Shown one piece after another: positions 9,081 through 16,065 of a DNA stretch of 64,000 nt. A program made the position numbers and the translations under genes. Each line of letters begins with the position of its first letter. Within the stretch, counting starts at the first letter, position 1. Origin of the DNA: an uncultured Bacteriovoracaceae bacterium (GTDB lineage Bacteria > Bdellovibrionota > Bacteriovoracia > Bacteriovoracales > Bacteriovoracaceae). The stretch spans positions 283 through 64,282 of the forward strand of contig CAYRDP010000007.1 in the NCBI GenBank assembly GCA_964423165.1, in the 5' to 3' direction. Below the pieces are notes generated by a model that had not been told where the DNA came from, ran no database searches, and worked only from the letters and a program-made list of their open reading frames with translations.

Positions 9081-9413
9081 TTACCATAAAAGCCGAATTA
9101 ATTTGAGTAATTTTTTTAATTCTTTAATATCTAAATTTTTTAAAAGTAAATCTATTTGTTTTATTAAACGTTCATTTGTTTGTTTACTAGATTTACTTTC
9201 AAATAAAAATAGCTCACTTGGAGAAATATCTAGCGCTTGGCTAACAGATATAATGAATTCAAATGATGGGCCTCTTCGTCCTGATTCAACGTAGGAAAGA
9301 TGTTGTGACGTTATTGCCATTAATTCACTTAGCTCCTCTTGCGTTAATCCAACCTCTTTTCTTAAATGTCTTACTCTTCTGCCAAACTCCGACTTATAGT
9401 TGATTTTTTTCAT
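9081..9413 (-). CDS. XRE family transcriptional regulator
   Basis: GRRVRHLRKEVGLTQEELSELMAITSQHLSYVESGRRGPSFEFIISVSQAL is a classic XRE HTH. Confidence 0.8.
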   Translation of the reverse strand: MKKINYKSEFGRRVRHLRKEVGLTQEELSELMAITSQHLSYVESGRRGPSFEFIISVSQALDISPSELFLFESKSSKQTNERLIKQIDLLLKNLDIKELKKLLKLIRLLW

Positions 9414-9598
9414 GTAACCCTCTGTTTTAATTATTAAGGGCTTGAAATATAAAGTTAATCGACTAAAAGATTGGTATACTGTAACTTTAAGTATATGTTT
9501 TCGAGGAGGAAAATTAAGGAATCTACTCTTAAATTAATGTGAGAATACATAAAAGGACAGCTAAAGTTTTGAAAAAATTAGCCGATATATCCTATTGA

Positions 9599-9625
9599 GT
9601 AATTGTAATTGTAATTGTAATTGTA
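9599..9625. repeat. Hexanucleotide microsatellite (gtaatt)x4.5 in the promoter/5' region of the DGR target gene
   Basis: Read directly: gtaattgtaattgtaattgtaattgta. It ends 33 nt before the ATG at 9658. An aggagga RBS lies at 9644-9650. Confidence 0.85.
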
Positions 9626-9657
9626 TTTACTTTCAATTTGGATAGGAGGATTAAGCA

Positions 9658-11085
9658 ATGAACAACAAAGCAAGTATATTAGGTGGATTCCTTTTACTTG
9701 GAAGCTTATTATCGGGCTGTTCGAGTACGAGTGATTCAACGCGTTTGCCAGCAAGTACAATGGATGCAGGAATTATTGGCCCGAAAGGGGAAGTCATTCT
9801 TTTCTACAAAAAAAATAGCAAAATTATTGTTAAGCAATGCGAGGACTACACAGTTTTAAAATCAAGAAGTGACTGTAAAGTTAAGCCAGGAACGGTTGTT
9901 CAAAATGTTTCGGTTAGTGACTTTAAAAACTCTCTTAAAATGGCATTGAAGCTTCCTGGTGGAAACTATGATGCTGAAACGAAAAGAAAAATTGAACTTT
10001 ACAACAATGGCCAAAGAGATGATGTTGAAGAGCTTTCAAGGCGACAAAGAGAGCTAAAAGCTCAGATCGCAAAAATTGAAGCATTTATTGAAGAATATAG
10101 TGCTCAGGATGCAGATACTGGACACCTATCAAGCTTGATAGATAGTTTGTCTCAAGTGGAAGGTGATCTAGGGGATTATGCTCAACTTGGTCAGATTATT
10201 AAAGAGATTAATGAAAAAATTGACAACCTAGTTGATAATATTATTTCAAGCGATACCCTTTACAAATATACTTTCTCAAAGCAAAAAACAGGCTTTGTTT
10301 TTAACATTCTTAGAGCTTATTTAAGAGCACCAATGATTTCCGCTTCTTTCCAGAGAATTGCAAGAGGAAGCTTCACTATGGGAAGCCCTTCTAGTGAAAG
10401 TAATCGCGGTAGCGATGAAGGACAAAAAGAAGTCACGATTTCTAAGTCTTTTGACATCATGACTACGGAAGTAACTCAAATGCAATGGTTTTTAGTCATG
10501 GGGACAAACCCATCACGATTTAAAAAGCCAGAGCATTGTGACAACCACATTAATATTAACGGTGAAGGGTTATGCCCCAGTAATCCAGTAGAGCGAGTTT
10601 CTTGGAATGATGTTCAAACCTATATCAAGAAACTAAATGACTCTCTTGGGTTAAGTGGTTGTAATGGAACTCCAAGTGATTCAAAAGGATGCTATCGCCT
10701 TCCAACGGAAGCTGAGTGGGAATTTGCTGCTAGAGGAAAAGCAACAACAGCTTATTCTTTTGGAAATAGCTCATCAAGTTTAGGAAGTTATGCTTGGTAC
10801 AGCAGCAACTCAGATAGCAAAACTCATTCAGTAGGTTTAAAAAGGGCAAACCCTTACGGACTCTATGATGTTCATGGAAACGTATGGGAATGGGTACAGG
10901 ATAATTACAAGAATGGATTAACAGGTGGAACTAACCCGCTGCATACATCCTCCGGGTCTCTCCGCGTTATTCGTGGCGGCAGTTGGGGCAGCTACGCGCG
11001 GTACTTGCGCTCCGCGAATCGCTTCTTCGACATCCCGGACTACAGGTTCACCGGTGTCGGTTTCCGCCTTGTGAGGACACTGTAA
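9658..11085 (+). CDS. DGR variable (target) protein: lipoprotein with coiled-coil region and C-terminal FGE-sulfatase/C-type-lectin-fold domain
   Basis: MNNKASILGGFLLLGSLLSGC is a lipobox. FGE-sulfatase motifs are present: GSFTMGSP, VSWNDVQTYIKKLN, YRLPTEAEWEFAARG, GLYDVHGNVWEWV and RGGSW. The last 45 codons are the VR. Confidence 0.9.
   Translation: MNNKASILGGFLLLGSLLSGCSSTSDSTRLPASTMDAGIIGPKGEVILFYKKNSKIIVKQCEDYTVLKSRSDCKVKPGTVVQNVSVSDFKNSLKMALKLPGGNYDAETKRKIELYNNGQRDDVEELSRRQRELKAQIAKIEAFIEEYSAQDADTGHLSSLIDSLSQVEGDLGDYAQLGQIIKEINEKIDNLVDNIISSDTLYKYTFSKQKTGFVFNILRAYLRAPMISASFQRIARGSFTMGSPSSESNRGSDEGQKEVTISKSFDIMTTEVTQMQWFLVMGTNPSRFKKPEHCDNHININGEGLCPSNPVERVSWNDVQTYIKKLNDSLGLSGCNGTPSDSKGCYRLPTEAEWEFAARGKATTAYSFGNSSSSLGSYAWYSSNSDSKTHSVGLKRANPYGLYDVHGNVWEWVQDNYKNGLTGGTNPLHTSSGSLRVIRGGSWGSYARYLRSANRFFDIPDYRFTGVGFRLVRTL
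10950..11075 (+). repeat. DGR variable repeat (VR)
   Basis: It aligns without gaps to 13051-13176 (offset 2101). All 93 non-A template positions are identical. 19 of 33 template adenines are substituted here. Confidence 0.9.
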
Positions 11086-11121
11086 TACTTTAGGGCTTTT
11101 ACACTTTTACCCTTTAAGATA

Positions 11122-11175
11122 GCCCTTAGAGCAGTGATGCGAAGCACACTTGCTCTAAGGGCGTTTTTTATTTTT
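11122..11175 (+). terminator. Intrinsic terminator-like hairpin downstream of the VR gene
   Basis: gcccttagagca (11122-11133) pairs perfectly with tgctctaagggc (11151-11162). A T-tract, ttttttattttt, follows at 11164-11175. Confidence 0.7.
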
Positions 11176-11185
11176 GAGAATAGTT

Positions 11186-11707
11186 ATGATGCAAGTCAAG
11201 ATTTTTACAATGCCATTTAACTCCCAATTGGGAGTTTTTGACGATGAAGAATTCAATAGCTTCATCAAAGATAAAGAGCTTGTGTCAGCTAATGACTACT
11301 TATTTCAGCGTGATGAGATTCCCTATCTAACTCTTGTCGTAAAATACAAACAGTTAGCTTCTGTAGTCATGTCTGCAAGTAATGGTACTAAACCTCAAGA
11401 AAAAACTAAGAATAATGAAGAGTGGAGAAAGCTCTTAGATGATGAGTCCATGCCACTATTTAATACCCTAAGACAATGGAGAAGTGAGAAAAGTAAAAAA
11501 GATGGTGTCCCTCCCTATGTCATTCTAAACAATAAGCAACTTGCGGAAGTATGCCAAAGAAGACCTCAATCCAAATTTGATCTTATGAAAGTTGAGGGTA
11601 TTGGAAAAGCAAAAGCAGAGAAATACGGAGATGAGATTTTAAAAGTAACTTCATACCCTGAAATAACTAAAGATACCAATGAACACTCAGCACAGCAATC
11701 CCCGTAA
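11186..11707 (+). CDS. HRDC-domain DGR accessory protein
   Basis: The C-terminal part, LFNTLRQWRSEKSKKDGVPPYVILNNKQLAEVCQRRPQSKFDLMKVEGIGKAKAEKYGDEIL, matches the HRDC pattern of RecQ/RNase D. The track start 11174 is TTG, so ATG at 11186 is more likely. It overlaps avd by 29 nt. Confidence 0.65.
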   Translation: MMQVKIFTMPFNSQLGVFDDEEFNSFIKDKELVSANDYLFQRDEIPYLTLVVKYKQLASVVMSASNGTKPQEKTKNNEEWRKLLDDESMPLFNTLRQWRSEKSKKDGVPPYVILNNKQLAEVCQRRPQSKFDLMKVEGIGKAKAEKYGDEILKVTSYPEITKDTNEHSAQQSP

Positions 11708-12047
11708 AAATGAGGAATTGCCAATTTTTGTAAAGTGGCTTGAGTTTTTAAAATGGTTTCTTCCGACTCTTGAAAAATTTCCTAAAAAAGCACGATTCAC
11801 CATTACAAGCAGAATTGAAAATATTGCACTTGATATTGTTGAGCTATTGATTGAAGCCAAATACTCAAGAGAGAAAAAGCCAATCCTAAGAAAGATCAAT
11901 CTCTACTTAGAAAAAATAAGAATCCTGCTGAGGATCTCACATGAAACAAAGCTAATTTCAACCAAGTCTTATAATTTTGCAAGCAAGGGGATCAATGAAG
12001 TTGGAATGATGCTTGGTGGTTGGCTTAGGCAGCAGGAAAGGCGATGA
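11679..12047 (+). CDS. avd: DGR accessory variability determinant (Avd, four-helix-bundle protein)
   Basis: 122 aa. LPIFVKWLEFLKWFLPTLEKFPKKARFTITSRIENIALDIVELLIEA...MLGGWLRQ matches the Avd / 23S-rRNA-IVS four-helix-bundle family pattern. It sits immediately 5' of the RT with an ATGA overlap. Confidence 0.8.
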   Translation: MNTQHSNPRKNEELPIFVKWLEFLKWFLPTLEKFPKKARFTITSRIENIALDIVELLIEAKYSREKKPILRKINLYLEKIRILLRISHETKLISTKSYNFASKGINEVGMMLGGWLRQQERR

Positions 12048-13042
12048 AAAGATATGGAAACCTTTTCAATAAAATTACTGAAATTGAAAACCTCTATTTG
12101 GCGGCAAAGAAGTCGTTTAAAGGGAAGAAATTTAAATATACCGCTGCCCCTTTTTATTTCAATCTTGAAAACGAGCTTCTGAAAATTCAAAGAAAACTAA
12201 ACGATGAAAGCTATCATCCTTCTTCTTATAAAATCTTTAAAATCTATGAACCAAAAGAGAGAAGAATTTGCTGTGCAGAATTTCACGATAGAGTTGTTCA
12301 TCATGCAATTGTTAATATTTTAGAACCAATTTTTGAAAGAAGGCTTATCTTTGATACTTATGCTTGCAGAGAGGGGAAAGGAACTCATGTCGCTTTGAAA
12401 AAAGCGCAGGATTTAGTAAGGAAATATAAATATTATTTAAAATGTGACATAAGAAAATATTTTGAATCTATTGACCATAATGCTTTAAAAGTATTGATAA
12501 GGAAGATATTTAAAGACAATAAACTGATAAGGCTTCTTGATAAAATTATTTCTCATCAACCACCCTATACTGCTCACGGGAAAGGTCTTCCCATTGGAAA
12601 CCTAACGAGTCAGCATCTTGCCAATATTTACTTGGGGGAACTTGATCTTTTTATCAAGCACGATCTCAGGTGTGTCGGATATGTTCGATATATGGATGAC
12701 TTTATTTTATTCTCCGATGACAAAAAAGAGCTGAGAATCTTTCTTGAAAAAATAAGAGACTTTCTTTCCGTGAACTTAAAGCTGGAGCTTAAAGAAAAAA
12801 TAGTCAAAATTGCACCAGTAAGTGAAGGGTTGCCTTTTTTTGGATATAGAATATTTCCTGGTTTGATTCGACTACAAAGGGCCAATCTTGTCCGATTCAG
12901 AAGAAAGGTAATGAGACTTGAAAAGAAATACAAAAAAGGAAAAATTAAGGAGGAAGATTTAATTAATTCTGTGAGAAGCGTGGTGGCTCATATTTCTCAT
13001 GGGAACACAAAAAATTTAAGAAATTCAGTATTTTTTAGGTGA
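12044..13042 (+). CDS. DGR-type reverse transcriptase
   Basis: The N-terminus is MKRYGNLF. It carries IGNLTSQHLANIYL (the DGR RT signature with SQ) and a YMDD catalytic box (VRYMDDFILF). At 332 aa it has no maturase or endonuclease extensions. Confidence 0.9.
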   Translation: MKRYGNLFNKITEIENLYLAAKKSFKGKKFKYTAAPFYFNLENELLKIQRKLNDESYHPSSYKIFKIYEPKERRICCAEFHDRVVHHAIVNILEPIFERRLIFDTYACREGKGTHVALKKAQDLVRKYKYYLKCDIRKYFESIDHNALKVLIRKIFKDNKLIRLLDKIISHQPPYTAHGKGLPIGNLTSQHLANIYLGELDLFIKHDLRCVGYVRYMDDFILFSDDKKELRIFLEKIRDFLSVNLKLELKEKIVKIAPVSEGLPFFGYRIFPGLIRLQRANLVRFRRKVMRLEKKYKKGKIKEEDLINSVRSVVAHISHGNTKNLRNSVFFR

Positions 13043-13050
13043 GTGGTCAA

Positions 13051-13176
13051 CTCCGGGTCTAACCGCGTTATTCGTGGCGGCAGTTGGAACAACAACGCGC
13101 AGAACTTGCGCTCCGCGAATCGCAACAACGACAACCCGGACAACAGGAACAACAATGTCGGTTTCCGCCTTGTGAG
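13051..13176 (+). repeat. DGR template repeat (TR), non-coding
   Basis: It starts 8 nt after the RT stop. It has 11 AAC codons plus one AAT in the VR frame (NRVIRGGSWNNNAQNLRSANRNNDNPDNRNNNVGFRLV). It is GC-rich relative to its surroundings. Homology to VR ends after gtgag. Confidence 0.9.
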
Positions 13177-13315
13177 TACAAGTTATTGCCAGATAAATGG
13201 AGTTCAAGGATTTCATTTCCGCGCATCAGGTTTGTCCAGACCACTGACCTGTGCCAGATTTTTTTGGACGAATAAAATTAGTGCCATAGCTTTGAGTAGT
13301 GATAAGCGAAAATTG

Positions 13316-13630
13316 TTATGGCACTTTTTTAATAGGTCTATAGAGAGTAGAAGATATAGTTTCTACGGAAAAGCATTTGAATTTAGAATCACATTTAACA
13401 AGCTTACCCGTTATCTTTTTGAAGGTTTGCTCTTTCATCATATTCTGTTGTTTTTTGGAAATATCAAGAAGTTTAAGCTGTGCTTTACGAAGTTCTTTGT
13501 TCTTTATTTTTCCATCTTGTGCAGATAAAAACCAATGACCTTTTTTCTTATAAATTGTTCCTATCGCCGTATCAACCTCACTAGCTTGGACTGAAAAGTT
13601 GATTACCAAGAAAGCAATGATAATTTTCAT
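13316..13630 (-). CDS. Small secreted hypothetical protein
   Basis: Signal peptide MKIIIAFLVINFSVQASE. A 4-nt overlap joins it to the upstream peptidase gene. Confidence 0.5.
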   Translation of the reverse strand: MKIIIAFLVINFSVQASEVDTAIGTIYKKKGHWFLSAQDGKIKNKELRKAQLKLLDISKKQQNMMKEQTFKKITGKLVKCDSKFKCFSVETISSTLYRPIKKVP

Positions 13631-14913
13631 AATGCCCTCATACAGTTTGAGTTTTCGGTTTTATGAATCTTGCCAAATTTAGCTACAAGTTCTCTCTCCG
13701 CACTTTGTAATGCTTGAGCAGTTTGTATCGTTTTTATTTGAGACTCATCAATCTTATCTTGCTTCTGAGATGCTATAGCATCTCTTTGTTCTGATAATGA
13801 AGTGTTATATGCTTCAAGAGCAAGGTAAAATTTTTTTAGTTTATCGTTAAGTAGTATTTTAAGAGTCTCATCCAGAGAGTCATTTATTTGAGATAGTAGT
13901 GTTTTAAACTTATTTTCAATTTGATGGCATTGCAAAGTTTGACTTTCACGCAAGACAAATGAGAATGATTCACCTCGAAAATAAGGCACATCAAGTAGAG
14001 AGCTTATTACAGGTTCTTGAAAACTTGAATCAACATTTCTTGACGACCAATAGGTAGAATCAATACTGGAGGTATCAAGATTATTTTTTTTAGCATGAGC
14101 TAAAACTTTTTTAAAGCACTCACTATTTTTAAAATATGAATCTTTTTTCAAAGTATCGAGAATTTCACTATAATATCGAAGAGTCATATATTCATAAGAA
14201 GAAGTATAATCTTTAGAGAAATGAGGATCACTTTCAAAGCATCCATATCCAACAGCATTACCAGCAGTTTGAAAAAATACACAGGTCTTCTTTAAACCGT
14301 ATTTTTCAAGCATTGGTTTAGCCCTACCTGAATTGCATGATGAAAGTATGATATTAGGTAAAGCACCTTTGTCTTCTAAATCTTTAATATGTTCAAATAG
14401 CTTCTCTGTTGGAAAAACAACTTGGTTTCCTTCATTATCATAGATTGTAAAGGTATGATTACATCCAGTATTAAAATCAGCCCTGATATGCTTTCCAATT
14501 TCACCGCAAGAATCTTGTCCATGAGCAGTGACTAAGATTTCAACTTTGTCACCTTCTTTAATCTTAGATTTTAGGTCTTCAAAATATTGATTTATTGAAT
14601 TTGATGTTAGAGGAGCAGTAGAATTTAGTTCTGATACTTTCTTAAAGTCAGTTTTATACTTTTCTTTTTCTGGATGCTTAGATTGGTGAGGCCCAAATAG
14701 TGTTTGAGTCTCATAACCACGATTATTCAATCCTATGGTTGCAGCTATAGTATTGCGAGCAAACTCATGTCTATTAGGCTCATTTTGATTTGATGGGCCG
14801 CCAATTATGAGTGCAAACTTCTTTGCATTAGCATTCTGCGATAAACTGAATAAAAATATAAGTGAGTATAATTTAAGTAACTTTTTCACACTATTCTTAT
14901 CGGTTAAATACAT
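13627..14913 (-). CDS. Secreted clan-CD (legumain/caspase-like) cysteine peptidase candidate
   Basis: It has a signal peptide, then KKFALIIGG. The candidate catalytic His is in VEILVTAHGQD and the candidate Cys in NIILSSCNSGRA, an H-G...C-x-S-G arrangement as in C13/C14 families. This is a motif-level call only. Confidence 0.45.
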   Translation of the reverse strand: MYLTDKNSVKKLLKLYSLIFLFSLSQNANAKKFALIIGGPSNQNEPNRHEFARNTIAATIGLNNRGYETQTLFGPHQSKHPEKEKYKTDFKKVSELNSTAPLTSNSINQYFEDLKSKIKEGDKVEILVTAHGQDSCGEIGKHIRADFNTGCNHTFTIYDNEGNQVVFPTEKLFEHIKDLEDKGALPNIILSSCNSGRAKPMLEKYGLKKTCVFFQTAGNAVGYGCFESDPHFSKDYTSSYEYMTLRYYSEILDTLKKDSYFKNSECFKKVLAHAKKNNLDTSSIDSTYWSSRNVDSSFQEPVISSLLDVPYFRGESFSFVLRESQTLQCHQIENKFKTLLSQINDSLDETLKILLNDKLKKFYLALEAYNTSLSEQRDAIASQKQDKIDESQIKTIQTAQALQSAERELVAKFGKIHKTENSNCMRAL

Positions 14914-15031
14914 ATAAATTAAAAAATAATCGCTAAAAATCGTAAAAAGATGATTGTGACTAGCTAGGTAACTGAGGTAATAGGTCTTCTATTGAGAGTG
15001 TCATATATTCAAACAGTAGCAGATTTGATTT

Positions 15032-15346
15032 TTATCGTTCAAGCAACTTTAATGGATTAGTAATTCCAAACCCATCGCTCAAGTCAACAATTGTTTGAAG
15101 CCTCGGATTTGTCATCTTTCCTTGGTTAATTTCTTGAATTGTTCCAATGGAGAGTTTAGCTTTATCAGCTAGTTCTTGCATAGTCCAATTTCTTTCTTTT
15201 AAAAGCTTTTGCACGTTTAGCTGCAAGCGCTTCGCAAGTTGCTTAGTTTTACGGTGTTCAATCTGATCTACGGTGATTCTAGTCACAAGCTTAGTTCTCC
15301 AAATTATATATTTGATAATCACGGATTTATCCGCTATAGTCATCAC
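15032..15346 (-). CDS. XRE family transcriptional regulator
   Basis: LKERNWTMQELADKAKLSIGTIQEINQGKMTNPRLQTIVDLSDGFG is an XRE HTH. Confidence 0.75.
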   Translation of the reverse strand: MMTIADKSVIIKYIIWRTKLVTRITVDQIEHRKTKQLAKRLQLNVQKLLKERNWTMQELADKAKLSIGTIQEINQGKMTNPRLQTIVDLSDGFGITNPLKLLER

Positions 15347-15366
15347 TGATATATCCGTGATTCACT

Positions 15367-15726
15367 TTGGAGGTTTTAATGGAGCATTTAACTAAGAAAC
15401 TTATAGAAAAAACTTGTGAGAGACTTTGGACAATAAATGGCTCACTTAGAGGCCTTGGAGGACTATTTACAACAGGGGCTAGAGATATTTGTTTTGATGG
15501 AGAAGAATTCTATGGAGTTGGCCAGTTATTAAAAAAGCTTGGAGAGGAACTTGAAGCTATTGAAGATTTACTAAGATGTGGCCAGGACTCAATGGCCGAC
15601 CGAAGAAACGGCTTAGATCGTGAAGACGATTGTGAAAGTGAAGTTAAGACTGATAATAACGATGAAGAAGTAATTGAAAAAATTTTGGGCTTAATTCGTG
15701 ACCTTGTTAAAAGACAAGATGCGTAA
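15367..15726 (+). CDS. Hypothetical acidic protein, divergent from the XRE gene
   Basis: ORF track. No family recognised. It lies 20 nt from the divergent XRE start. Confidence 0.4.
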   Translation: MEVLMEHLTKKLIEKTCERLWTINGSLRGLGGLFTTGARDICFDGEEFYGVGQLLKKLGEELEAIEDLLRCGQDSMADRRNGLDREDDCESEVKTDNNDEEVIEKILGLIRDLVKRQDA

Positions 15727-15767
15727 TTAAGGCTTTTCTTAGTTAAAACCATAAATAAATTACATAG

Positions 15768-15951
15768 TGTCGGGAATTCGTCACTGTAGCAATTTGCTTG
15801 AAATCAATAAGTTAACCTTAGTTTTACCATTGAACTCTATCTTGTTGTCGGAGTACCGACACAATAAAAAAATCAGTCTAATCAAATAATATTGAACTGT
15901 TAGATATACTTACTTGCTTGCTTATCTTTTATTGTGACGGATTCCCGACAC
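15768..15951. promoter_or_regulatory. Three TGTCGG(G)/CCCGACA sites: outer inverted pair plus central perfect palindrome
   Basis: tgtcgggaattcgtcac (15768-15784) and gtgacggattcccgacac (15934-15951) are reverse complements except for one base. tgtcggagtaccgaca (15846-15861) is a perfect 6-N4-6 palindrome. All three are intergenic, 75-280 nt upstream of the sigma54-like promoter. Confidence 0.5.
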
Positions 15952-16024
15952 TTTTTTGCCAATTCATCTCTTAATTTGTATTGCTTAGTGCATTACCTCA
16001 TTGAATTCTTTGAGGTCAGCCTTT

Positions 16025-16039
16025 TGGCACATGCTTTGT
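16025..16039 (+). promoter_or_regulatory. Sigma54-like promoter (TGGCAC-N5-TTGT), non-canonical -12
   Basis: tggcacatgctttgt was read directly. The GG/G spacing is correct, but -12 is GT rather than GC. It sits just upstream of the GGAGG RBS of the EBP gene. Confidence 0.3.
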
Positions 16040-16065
16040 AATAAAAGTTTGTGGAGGAAAAAGAA

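Larger units (their letters stand above)
9658..13176 (+). other. Diversity-generating retroelement cassette: target/VR - HRDC - avd - RT - TR
   Basis: See the component features. The TR/VR pair shows adenine-only divergence, and the Avd and DGR-type RT genes are in one co-oriented, overlapping gene string. Confidence 0.9.

Noticed and set aside
12044-13042. Alternative identities for the RT (retron, group II intron, Abi/UG defence RT)
   Set aside because: The RT has the SQ-containing DGR signature and is preceded by Avd. It is accompanied by a TR/VR pair with adenine-only differences. I saw no intron RNA domains, maturase/X domain or msr/msd-like inverted repeats.
13177-13315. Terminator or structured RNA immediately 3' of TR
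   Set aside because: I found only a weak 5-bp stem (caggt...acctg) before a T-run. That is insufficient to call, so it is left as a question in the DGR layout finding.
13043-13528. 161-aa ORF in the track (MVNSGSNRVIRGGSWNNNAQNLRSANRNNDNPDNRNNNVGFRLV...)
   Set aside because: Its N-terminus is just the DGR template repeat read in frame (Asn-rich from AAC codons). The rest overlaps the convergent gene 13316-13630 in antisense. TR acts as RNA, not as a protein-coding gene.
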